This document shows positions 16,890 through 25,747 of a DNA stretch of 35,052 nucleotides, in pieces (the stretch's first letter is position 1; each line of letters starts with the position of its first letter). The translations under genes and the position numbers were made by a program. The notes beneath the pieces were generated by a model. It was not told the origin of the DNA, searched no databases, and saw nothing but the letters and a program-made list of their open reading frames with translations. Source of the stretch: a virus (Duplodnaviria > Caudoviricetes); IMG/VR virus record IMGVR_UViG_3300020183_000248, positions 1 to 35,052 of that record, one strand, 5' to 3'.

Positions 16890-17725
16890 CAGGGGTTTTG
16901 CTTTCTTTGTTAGGGGCAAAGACTACTGCTGCAATTCTTCCGCTAGATGTAGAGTGGTTAATAGTCGCTGGTGGTGGCGGTGGTGGAACAATGGGCGGCG
17001 GGGGCGGTGCAGGCGGTCTTCAGTCAGGGACAACGCTCTTAACTGTATCAACAAATTATTCAACGACTGTTGGTGCTGGTGGTGCTGCTGGAAATCTTAG
17101 TGGCGCACAAACAAATGGATCAGATAGTTCGTTTAACGCCACAACAAGTACCGGTGGTGGGCGAGGCGGTGGTGATGTAACTTCAGGTAGCGGCGCTCCA
17201 GGTAATGGTGGTTCTGGTGGCGGCGGTAATCGCGGAGGAAGTAACTTTGGTACTGGTACATCAGGTCAGGGTAATAATGGTGGTACTGGTACAGGAGCGC
17301 AAGCTCAACCATCTCCAGGTGGTGGTGGAGCATCTCAAGCAGGTGCAAATGCTGCTTCTAACCAAGGCGGTAAAGGTGGAGATGGTACAACTTGGAATGG
17401 CACTACTTATGCGGGTGGTGGAGGTGGTTCGACGCAAAGTGGTTATGGCAGCGCAGGAGCCGGTGGTTCTGGTGGTGGTGGCGCAGGTGGTGTAACGACT
17501 GGTGGCACTGCTGGTACTGCAAACCGTGGTGGCGGTGGTGGAGGTGGTGGTTATGTGTCGAGCCACTTAAATGGAGGCGCTGGGGGAAGTGGCGTTGTGA
17601 TATTGAAATATCCAGACTCATACACTATTACGATTGGCGCTGGATTGACTGGGTCAACCTCGTCTGCTGGTGGGTACAAAACAACCACAATTACTGCTGG
17701 TACTGGCAATGTATCTTGGGCATAG
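16886..17725 (+). CDS. Glycine-rich virion/receptor-binding protein
   Basis: VEWLIVAGGGGGG...GGGGAGG...GGAGGSGVVILKYP. Start at ATG 16886 (ATGA overlap), not 16757. Confidence 0.82.
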   Translation: MTGVLLSLLGAKTTAAILPLDVEWLIVAGGGGGGTMGGGGGAGGLQSGTTLLTVSTNYSTTVGAGGAAGNLSGAQTNGSDSSFNATTSTGGGRGGGDVTSGSGAPGNGGSGGGGNRGGSNFGTGTSGQGNNGGTGTGAQAQPSPGGGGASQAGANAASNQGGKGGDGTTWNGTTYAGGGGGSTQSGYGSAGAGGSGGGGAGGVTTGGTAGTANRGGGGGGGGYVSSHLNGGAGGSGVVILKYPDSYTITIGAGLTGSTSSAGGYKTTTITAGTGNVSWA

Positions 17726-17734
17726 GAAATAGGT

Positions 17735-18106
17735 ATGGCTCATTACGCTTTTTTAGATGAAAACAATATCGTCACTGAAGTCATTGTTGGAAAAAACGAA
17801 GGCGAAGACGGTGTTGATTGGGAGCAATGGTACGGCGACTTTCGCGGTCATATTTGCAAGCGTACGAGCTACAACACAATTGGTGGTATTCACAACAATG
17901 GTGGTACACCGTTTCGCAAGAACTATGCAGGAATTGGTTACACATACGATTCACAACGCGATGCTTTTATTCCTCCTAAGCCGTTTGAAAGTTGGATATT
18001 GAATGCAGGCTCATGCCTTTGGGAAGCGCCTAGCGCTATGCCAACGGATGGTGAGATGTATTCATGGGATGAAGCAACCACTTCTTGGGTAGCACAAAAT
18101 GGCTAA
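17735..18106 (+). CDS. Tail-module protein (MAHYA...RTSYN...FRKNYAGIGYTYD type)
   Basis: Motif set commonly seen next to glycine-rich tail proteins. Confidence 0.78.
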   Translation: MAHYAFLDENNIVTEVIVGKNEGEDGVDWEQWYGDFRGHICKRTSYNTIGGIHNNGGTPFRKNYAGIGYTYDSQRDAFIPPKPFESWILNAGSCLWEAPSAMPTDGEMYSWDEATTSWVAQNG

Positions 18107-18665
18107 CACCATCAACGCCACATCTGGCATTGGGATTGTCTCCACAGCAGACAACACCAATGAACTCATCCTGCAAACCAATGGCACGAATGCAATAAGC
18201 ATAGATAGCAGCCAGAACGTATCGTTTGCACAGACGCTGAATCTCGGTGTAGCTGGCACGACCGTAGAACTTACACTTGCTGCCGCACTGGAAACCGTGA
18301 CTATTGCAGCAACAGCCGCCACGGGTACGGTTAACTACGATGTGGCAACACAGTCAATCTTGTACTTTACAAGCAACGCATCTGCTAACTGGACGTTAAA
18401 CATCCGTGGGTCTAGTTCAGTAACGCTCAATAGCCTTATGAGCAATGGGCAGAGCATAACCATTACTCACTTGGTAACCCAAGGTAGTACCGCTTACTAC
18501 AACTCAGCGGTAACTGTAGACGGTACTAGCGTCACACCTAAGTGGTCAGGTGGTTCTGCGCCAACGTCAGGCAATGTGAACAGCGTGGATGCTTACACCT
18601 ATACCTTAGTTAAGACTGGTAGTGGTTCATTTACCGTTTTTGCAAGCCAAACAAAGTACGCATAA
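18099..18665 (+). CDS. Tail fibre-associated protein
   Basis: C-terminal KWSGGSAPT...VDAYTYT motif. Confidence 0.75.
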   Translation: MANTINATSGIGIVSTADNTNELILQTNGTNAISIDSSQNVSFAQTLNLGVAGTTVELTLAAALETVTIAATAATGTVNYDVATQSILYFTSNASANWTLNIRGSSSVTLNSLMSNGQSITITHLVTQGSTAYYNSAVTVDGTSVTPKWSGGSAPTSGNVNSVDAYTYTLVKTGSGSFTVFASQTKYA

Positions 18666-19393
18666 TGCCTATCTTGTCAGCATTTGGAGCGGCTAGAGCA
18701 ATAGGCGGTCCTGTTGCTGGCAGCAGTGGTATTCAACAAGGTGAGTATGCCTATAGTTTTAATGGGTCTACTTCAGTTGTTAGTTATCCAACCAATGCTG
18801 CGTTTACCGCTGGCAGCAATAATTTAACTGTTGAGTTTTGGGTTTACATCACTGCCAATCCAGGTAGCGGTTCTGGCAATCGTTATGCCATTCTTTCACT
18901 TGGCGATGACAATCTTGGTAGCGCAGGCGCATGGGGTATTGGTATAGACAATGCCGGTAAAGTGAACTGGCGCAGGGTTACATCTGGTGCAGTTTATTCA
19001 AACATAAACAGTTCAGCTTCAGTCACACTAAACGCATGGAACTTTGTGGCTGTATCAAGATCGGGCAATACGATCTACATTTTCATAGGTGGTACTCAAT
19101 ACGCTGCAACCTCGATGAGCAATGCGCTCTCTTTGAATAGAGCGCCTATCATAGGACGTTGCGGTTCCACAAACTATTTGAATGGACAGATAAGCAACTT
19201 ACGGTATCGCATAGGAACAGGCATTACAAGTTCAACAGTTCCTACGTCGCCATTGCAAAACATTACCAACACGAAGTTACTGACCTGCCGCAACTCTACG
19301 ATTGTTGACAACAGTACGGCTAATAGCGGTAGTGCCTGGTCAATTACATCGTCAAATGTAACAGTGCAAGCAAGCAGTCCTTATTACCCATGA
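18665..19393 (+). CDS. Concanavalin A-like/LamG domain receptor-binding protein
   Basis: YSFNG, LTVEFWVY, WNFVAVSRSG, YLNGQISNLR, TNTKLLTC. Confidence 0.85.
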   Translation: MPILSAFGAARAIGGPVAGSSGIQQGEYAYSFNGSTSVVSYPTNAAFTAGSNNLTVEFWVYITANPGSGSGNRYAILSLGDDNLGSAGAWGIGIDNAGKVNWRRVTSGAVYSNINSSASVTLNAWNFVAVSRSGNTIYIFIGGTQYAATSMSNALSLNRAPIIGRCGSTNYLNGQISNLRYRIGTGITSSTVPTSPLQNITNTKLLTCRNSTIVDNSTANSGSAWSITSSNVTVQASSPYYP

Positions 19394-19728
19394 ACCTAGA
19401 CAACCTCTCCAATGTTGTTTTTGGTGACGCAGACGGCTTGCGAGAGATGATCTTTGAAAACGCACAGCAGCATCGTACGTTCTACCTACAACTGTTAGAT
19501 CAAGATATCATCATCCCTCAGTATCCAATGGGTGATGCTGACTTAGATGATCTTGATGACTGGCTCTGGTCGCACTACCAAGAGCATGAAGCGCTTGCAA
19601 ACAGATTGAGTCTAGAGAATCCGTTTGATTTGTTTGACACTGATTGGAACCAGGAAGATGATTTCTATGAATGGTTGCAAGGACATCTAAGTGTTCATCA
19701 ATCAATTATCAATCGTTTAGGGCTTTAA
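19390..19728 (+). CDS. Acidic protein with repeated WLxxHxxxH helices (112 aa)
   Basis: ATGA overlap; internal repeat. Confidence 0.8.
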   Translation: MNLDNLSNVVFGDADGLREMIFENAQQHRTFYLQLLDQDIIIPQYPMGDADLDDLDDWLWSHYQEHEALANRLSLENPFDLFDTDWNQEDDFYEWLQGHLSVHQSIINRLGL

Positions 19729-19729
19729 T

Positions 19730-22700
19730 ATGGCTACATTTGCCGTCGCTGATCCAATAAGTAAAGTCGCGGCACAACTTGCCCAATACATAGACCCATC
19801 ATCTTTTGGTGGTGCTTGGACTACACAATCAGGGAAAAGCAGTGGCCCAGGTTATGGTCCTGAAGGTTTTTTGCGAGTTATGGCAGAAAACTTTATCAAC
19901 CAGACAGGGCTTACCGACCTGAACAAGCTGGGTTACGGAAAGATAAATACGCCTGAAAATGCCTCGGTTGTTCAACAGCCTACAGGTTACGATGAAGACT
20001 TCGTCCCAACTGGATATCAATGGGTTACTCCAACGGCTGATTTTGAAGTAGATCAAAACGGTTTTCTTGTTGCGGGTGGCTACCGTGGTTTAACACCTCA
20101 AGAAATTAAAACTGTTAAAGATGTTGGTAATGGTAGGTATACAGCAGACGTAGTAGTGGGGCGTGAAGGCTACTACAACAAAGATACAGGCAAGGCTGTC
20201 AAATTTAACGGTACGCTCGGTGGTTACGGTGAAGGCCCAGGCTGGACAAATACGTCACTTACATTCAAAGACGACAGGCCTGTTATTAAAACAACAGGTG
20301 AAGATTCGAGTGATTTAGGAACCATACTTCCTATCATTTCAATTGCGTTGTTAGCGATACCTGGAATTGGACAAGCCATTGGTTCTGCGATTCTTCCTAC
20401 AGGTGTGTCAGCGGCAACGGCGACTGCTGTAGGCAATGCTGTTGTTAACGCTGGCTTGCAAGTTGCGGCAGGTGCCCCTGTTGAACAAGCGCTTACAAAT
20501 GCAGCAGCTTCTTTAGGCGTATCTCAATTAGTTCCAAACCTATCTAGCAATTCATTTGTTGACAATGCTGTTAGGTCGGTTGCTACGGCAACGCTTACTG
20601 GCGGGGATGTTGAAAAGGCGCTTGCTAATTCATTGATAGCAACGGGTGGTAATGAAGTTTTGGGCAATGTTTCTTTTACAGGTAATGCAACGGTTGATAG
20701 CGGTATTGCCTCTGCAATTACAAGTGGCGTAATGGCTGCTGCGACGGATGGGGATGTTGCCCAATCGATTGCAAAAGGGTTTGCCGCTGGCACAAGCGGA
20801 CAGATTACTAAAGAAGAAAGAATGGCAGAGTCAGCACGATCTGGTGCTGGGTTTGTTGGCGAGGTTGTAACTGAACCAACTAATGTTACAGGTGCTACAG
20901 GTAATGACACGGCAACGAGTGGGATTGGTGTTGATAGTGTTAATGCAGGAGCATCTCAAGATGATGTCTTGAATATTCTGGCGCAAGAGCAAATTGCTAA
21001 TCAAACACAGCCTACAAATTTAGATGCAACTAGCGAGGCGGCTTTTCAAACATGGATTCGTAGTACAGATTGGTTCAAAGAGTTTGTAAATGAATATGGA
21101 GAAGAGCCTGATCTCAATACAAAAGATTACGATTACCGTGCTGCTTGGAAAGCTGGCGTAGTACCTGAACGCGACCCATACGATCAAAATAGATACCATT
21201 GGCCGTCTTCTTTGCCAAGCGGAGAGTTGCTCAAATCGGAAGATCACCCGACAGCATGGAAAGAATATTTCATGCGAGACACCGGAATAAATCCAGATTC
21301 AATTGGCATTAAAACAAAAGAAGAAGCAGAAAGATATTTGAGTAGTAAACAATCAAATGCAGAGCCTGCTATTGATCCACGAATAGTTGCGCAAGGCGTA
21401 ACAGGTGGTCAGTTTGGCGAAGGTGGGTTGCTACAAACTGGAATGGACACTGTTTCTGGATTGACGGGACAAGACACAATTTTTGGTGGGCAAGCGGGTG
21501 GTGACAAAATCTTTGGCGTTTATTCGTTAACGCCGAATCAAACAGCATCTGCCCCTCGATTGGTTTATGACAGAGAAACCAATCAACCTTATGCAGAAGC
21601 GATTGACATTACTGATGTTGATAGCGATGGCAATGTATTAAAATTTAGTGTTTTTAGAGACTTACAAACAGGCAAGGTTGACTATCGCAGAGTTGAAGAG
21701 GCAGGCGATCAAATTGTTGTGCGTGTTTCACAACAACCACCTACATATTATGTAACAGACCAATCCGGCAATATTGCCAGAGATTCACAAGGCAATCCGA
21801 TACTGACAGCAGAAGGTGCTGCTGTTGAAGCGGGTGAGCAAGAAGAGGCTAAAACAGATACTGCCACGGCTGGGCAACCGCAACTTAGTCAGATTGATCA
21901 AGATGTTTTAGAGCAAATACAGCGTGGCCAAGGACTTGTTAGCGAACCGCCTCAAATAACGGCGCAAGTGCCAATGCCAGTTGCACAAGATGTAACACAA
22001 GTTGTTAATGATGGTGGTGAAGACCAGATTGGTGGTCAAGAACAAACTTACATACCGCCTTCTGCGGCAACAACAACGCCTACGGTTACACAACCACCGC
22101 CTGATTCGACCTTTCAATCGTTTCGTAGGGTCGGTAGGTTCGGTAGGTTCGGTAATTTGAATGTAGCAGCACAAGATAGAACGCTACCACCTGCTCCCGT
22201 TGTTGACTCTGCACAAGGGTTGGTTGGAGAGTCTGTTGTTGTTGTTGCGGTTGACCCAGTTAACAACGCAGCGCTTGTGATTGATGCGAGTGGTAATACG
22301 TCTGTTGTACCTGCTATTGATAGTGCTACAGGGAATCCTGTCAATACGGGTGAGGCGGTAACCTTAACGCAAGACAATTCGTTGACTACTGATCAAGCAA
22401 CGGTCGCAGGCAGTCCTGCTACTGATGTAGTAAGTGGCACACCTGTTGACACTGGTGTTGTTGACACTGGAGTCACTGCTCCTGTTGACACTGGAGTCAC
22501 TGATACTGGTGCTGTTGATACAACGCAGGTTGCTATTGGCGGTGAAGCGCCAAGCACCGGCACAGCGGTTGTTGATACAACTGGAGGAGGCTTGCCAAGC
22601 ACAGACGTTGGTGGCGTTGTTGGCGGTGAGCCTGGAGGGGCGGTAGATGTTGGCGAAGTAGGTGAGCAAGCGGGCGGTGATATAGGCGGCTTGCCTGGAG

Positions 22701-23200
22701 GTGACCTAGGAGGTGACCTAGGAGGTGACCTAGGGGGTGATCTAGGGGGTGATCTAGGGGGTGACCTGGGCGCAATAGATGCAGGATTGCCAACTGACAC
22801 AGCAGGTGTTGGGGACACAGGTGGTCAACTTGCGGAGGAACCTTCTGTTCTCCCCCCAGAAGAAATTTATGATTCTGGTGACATTACTGACGATGAAATA
22901 TTACAACTCATTACTGATAGCCTTGCTGGTGGCGTTGAGGCAGATCGCGGAGTAGAAGAAGAGGGTGAGGGCGGGCTTCCTACAGAAGACACGCGATTGA
23001 CCATAACGCCAAGGGTTGTTTCAACACTGCCTGTAAGGGTTCCGGCAGGTCAACGTGTGCAAGATACTACCAGCATATTGCCAACGCGAGTAGCATTGTC
23101 AGAAGGTTCAGGTGACGACGTTTACGGTACACCAGAAGAGGAGCAAGACCCTGTCTGGAATATACGTTCATTGAAGCTCAGAAGAGCATTAAGGATTTGA
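19730..23200 (+). CDS. Large internal virion/ejection protein (1156 aa, acidic, with hydrophobic Ala/Gly segment)
   Basis: First of four large genes after the tail module; TM-like LGTILPIISIALLAIPGIG; low-complexity acidic C-half. Confidence 0.7.
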   Translation: MATFAVADPISKVAAQLAQYIDPSSFGGAWTTQSGKSSGPGYGPEGFLRVMAENFINQTGLTDLNKLGYGKINTPENASVVQQPTGYDEDFVPTGYQWVTPTADFEVDQNGFLVAGGYRGLTPQEIKTVKDVGNGRYTADVVVGREGYYNKDTGKAVKFNGTLGGYGEGPGWTNTSLTFKDDRPVIKTTGEDSSDLGTILPIISIALLAIPGIGQAIGSAILPTGVSAATATAVGNAVVNAGLQVAAGAPVEQALTNAAASLGVSQLVPNLSSNSFVDNAVRSVATATLTGGDVEKALANSLIATGGNEVLGNVSFTGNATVDSGIASAITSGVMAAATDGDVAQSIAKGFAAGTSGQITKEERMAESARSGAGFVGEVVTEPTNVTGATGNDTATSGIGVDSVNAGASQDDVLNILAQEQIANQTQPTNLDATSEAAFQTWIRSTDWFKEFVNEYGEEPDLNTKDYDYRAAWKAGVVPERDPYDQNRYHWPSSLPSGELLKSEDHPTAWKEYFMRDTGINPDSIGIKTKEEAERYLSSKQSNAEPAIDPRIVAQGVTGGQFGEGGLLQTGMDTVSGLTGQDTIFGGQAGGDKIFGVYSLTPNQTASAPRLVYDRETNQPYAEAIDITDVDSDGNVLKFSVFRDLQTGKVDYRRVEEAGDQIVVRVSQQPPTYYVTDQSGNIARDSQGNPILTAEGAAVEAGEQEEAKTDTATAGQPQLSQIDQDVLEQIQRGQGLVSEPPQITAQVPMPVAQDVTQVVNDGGEDQIGGQEQTYIPPSAATTTPTVTQPPPDSTFQSFRRVGRFGRFGNLNVAAQDRTLPPAPVVDSAQGLVGESVVVVAVDPVNNAALVIDASGNTSVVPAIDSATGNPVNTGEAVTLTQDNSLTTDQATVAGSPATDVVSGTPVDTGVVDTGVTAPVDTGVTDTGAVDTTQVAIGGEAPSTGTAVVDTTGGGLPSTDVGGVVGGEPGGAVDVGEVGEQAGGDIGGLPGGDLGGDLGGDLGGDLGGDLGGDLGAIDAGLPTDTAGVGDTGGQLAEEPSVLPPEEIYDSGDITDDEILQLITDSLAGGVEADRGVEEEGEGGLPTEDTRLTITPRVVSTLPVRVPAGQRVQDTTSILPTRVALSEGSGDDVYGTPEEEQDPVWNIRSLKLRRALRI
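22697..22768 (+). repeat. 12-bp tandem repeat x6 (GGRGGTGAYCTR) encoding (GGDL)6
   Basis: Directly visible; in frame. Confidence 0.95.
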
Positions 23201-23201
23201 T

Positions 23202-24284
23202 ATGGCACAGCTTGCTGCATTACTAAGAACCGATCTGTCGCGCATGGCAGAAGAGGTGAGACGCGCCGGTCGAGGTCGAGATACCATGCTTGCGCACATC
23301 ACGCCAAAAGAGGCTGCGCTACTCAAAGCAAGAGGTGGCCGTGGCTCTATCAATCCGCAAACAGGGTTGCTTGAGTTTGAGCCGGAAGATGAGTTTGAAT
23401 ATTCTTATTTGACTCAGCAGCCAACGGCAGACTTTACGCAGCCCGTTAATATCAGCAATGCGCTCATATATAACGATCCAACAAACACAAACGAGCCAAT
23501 ACCTGAGAGCGGTGGCGCAACTGCGTTAACTAATGCGCAAGGCACGCGTAGCTTTGGTCAAAAACTTGGTGCGGTTGATCAAATTCTTGACACTACGCCT
23601 TCATACAGGCCTTCTATGAACTACGGTAAAGCAATGCCCAGAGGAAGTTTTAATGGCTTGGACATTGACCAAGGCTTTGGGGCCAGAGCACCTTCTCAGC
23701 AAATTATAGAAGCCGCTGCCGCCCCCCAAGAAAAAACAGATTTGCAAGGTTTGTTAGGGAAAGCAGGTGACGCATTAAAGTCGCCATTAGGAATAAGCGC
23801 ATTAGCAGGCGGCATCCCTTCTGCGTTGCTAGCGGCTCAAGCAAGACGAGGTGCAGCGGCCACACAGCGTGAACTTGCAGCATTAGGTCAGCCAATTCGA
23901 GAAGCCGGTCAAGCAAAAATTGCTCAAGCTCAGGCAGGTCAGCTTACGGCTGCTCAACGGCAATCGCTTGAAGCACAACGTCTTGCAGCCATGCAGAATT
24001 TGCAAAGGCGTGGTGTTACTGATGCGACAGCAATGCAGCAGGTTGAGAATCAGTTGCAAGCTCAGAAGGCTAAAATGATTGATGATTTGCTTAACCAAGG
24101 CTATCGAGAAATTGCTCAAGGCAATGCTTACATCGAGCGAGGTATGGCTGCTGCGCTTCAGGCTAACGCCGAAGGCAGAAAATTACTCGGTAGTTTTGCA
24201 ACAAATTACATGCAAATGTTAGCCAAAATGGGCGAGCAACAACAACCTTACACGACAACGACCGCTAGGCCAGGGAAGTCATGA
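23202..24284 (+). CDS. Internal virion/pilot protein
   Basis: N-terminal GRGRDTMLAHITPKEAALLKARGGRGSINPQTGLLEF motif; Ala/Gln-rich helical C-half. Confidence 0.72.
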   Translation: MAQLAALLRTDLSRMAEEVRRAGRGRDTMLAHITPKEAALLKARGGRGSINPQTGLLEFEPEDEFEYSYLTQQPTADFTQPVNISNALIYNDPTNTNEPIPESGGATALTNAQGTRSFGQKLGAVDQILDTTPSYRPSMNYGKAMPRGSFNGLDIDQGFGARAPSQQIIEAAAAPQEKTDLQGLLGKAGDALKSPLGISALAGGIPSALLAAQARRGAAATQRELAALGQPIREAGQAKIAQAQAGQLTAAQRQSLEAQRLAAMQNLQRRGVTDATAMQQVENQLQAQKAKMIDDLLNQGYREIAQGNAYIERGMAAALQANAEGRKLLGSFATNYMQMLAKMGEQQQPYTTTTARPGKS

Positions 24285-25747
24285 CTACATCAAGCAATGC
24301 TATAGATCGAATGACAGGGTTAGGCGACGATATTGCAAAAGTGTTAAGCAGTGCTCGCAAACCTCCTCAAGCGCCACCTCCAAATTTTCCTGCTGGAGGA
24401 GAGTTTTCTTCTGAACCAACAGGTTATACAAGAGATGTAGCACGACTTCCACAAGTAGAAAGTGCGCTTTCTGAATTGCCTCAGTTAAGAGCTAAGGCTC
24501 AAGAAGAATTTTTGCGTGGCACCCAGGCGCAGACAGTAGCAAAAGCTGAGGCGCAAAAAGAAGCCGAAACAATGAAGCGCGTAGGGCTAGAAAAGATTTA
24601 CGAAGCGCCAGAAGTGCAACAAGAGACTATTGAGTTTAAGCCTACGCGCATGGAAATGGAGGATTACAAGGCCCTAGCAGGCTTGCTTGTTGGTGCGGCA
24701 GCAATCTTTGGCGCTGGTGGAAAAGGGTCTGCAATGTATGCCCTTAGTGCGCTTAACGGCATGATGTCTGGGTATAACAAAGGCCGTGCTGACTTATTCA
24801 AGCAGCAAGCGCTAGAGTTTGATAAAGCCATAAAGTCTGTGCAAGAAAAAAACAAGCAGGCTTTAGATGCTTTAGCCAGAATGAAAGAAAACTTAGTCGC
24901 GAAAACCGATGAGTTTTTGGCTGAAAAAAGTCAACAAATTGCTATTGATAGTGGTGGAATTCTTGCTGCTCAGTTGCGCATGAATGAACTTGATGCGGCA
25001 GAAAAAACTCTAACAAACTTGCAAAATGGAATGGAAAAAAGAATATCGTCTCATGAGGCTGCGATGGCTAGAAGCGCAGAGAGAGAAGAGGCTAGAAAAG
25101 ACAGGATTGCTTTTCAAAATGCTATGTTGTCATTAAGAGAAAGAAACGTCGCTGTACAAGAAAAAAAGGAAAAAAGTCCAGAAAAAAATCTGAAACCACC
25201 TCCAAAAGAAATTGTTGCGCAGAATCAATTGCGTAATTCGTTAATACCAAAGTTGGAAGAGGCCTTGCCCGTTCTTGACAGGATGAATAAAGAGGGTAAG
25301 TGGAGCACGATGACGACGTTGCTAGCGCTAGGCCAGTATGGAACTAACGCCGCAGAAGCGACGTTCAAAGATGATCCTGAAGCGCTGAACTTAATACTCA
25401 CGCTTGCTTACTTTAGATCAAAAGAGTTTGAAACTGCTGGTAAAGCGCTCACTCGAAAAGAAGATCAAATTCTTGCGCCGATTGTTCGTGGCGACTTGCG
25501 TGTTTACGAAGGTATGCGTAATGCTATGAGTCAAGGATTGAAAACTCTTAAGCAAGAGCAGGCTGGATTAGAGAAAACCTATCCTTACTTGGAAGCCTAC
25601 AACAAAGCGTTTCGAGGTGATGCTGCGGAACCAAGTGCGCCGTCTAAGCAATTGAGTGAACAAGACCAAGCTGCTCTAACCTGGGCGAATGCTAACCCGT
25701 CAGACCCAAGATCAGCGGCGATTAAGGCAAGATTAGGAGTTCAATAA
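24281..25747 (+). CDS. Internal virion/ejection protein (488 aa)
   Basis: Coiled-coil with a Gly/Ala hydrophobic hairpin; position. Confidence 0.65.
   Translation: MTTSSNAIDRMTGLGDDIAKVLSSARKPPQAPPPNFPAGGEFSSEPTGYTRDVARLPQVESALSELPQLRAKAQEEFLRGTQAQTVAKAEAQKEAETMKRVGLEKIYEAPEVQQETIEFKPTRMEMEDYKALAGLLVGAAAIFGAGGKGSAMYALSALNGMMSGYNKGRADLFKQQALEFDKAIKSVQEKNKQALDALARMKENLVAKTDEFLAEKSQQIAIDSGGILAAQLRMNELDAAEKTLTNLQNGMEKRISSHEAAMARSAEREEARKDRIAFQNAMLSLRERNVAVQEKKEKSPEKNLKPPPKEIVAQNQLRNSLIPKLEEALPVLDRMNKEGKWSTMTTLLALGQYGTNAAEATFKDDPEALNLILTLAYFRSKEFETAGKALTRKEDQILAPIVRGDLRVYEGMRNAMSQGLKTLKQEQAGLEKTYPYLEAYNKAFRGDAAEPSAPSKQLSEQDQAALTWANANPSDPRSAAIKARLGVQ

Noticed and set aside
17133-17760. Trp-rich, His-rich and Thr-rich alternative-frame ORFs
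   Set aside because: Artefacts of GGT/GGC codon runs in the glycine-rich gene.
13509-19393. Diversity-generating retroelement or invertible tail cassette
   Set aside because: No reverse transcriptase, invertase or adenine-variant TR/VR pair was seen; the fibre repeats look like ordinary diverged duplications.
22393-22818. Antisense RSPP-repeat ORF, or a CRISPR-like array
   Set aside because: The 12-bp units have no spacers and are the reverse complement of the in-frame GGDL repeat.
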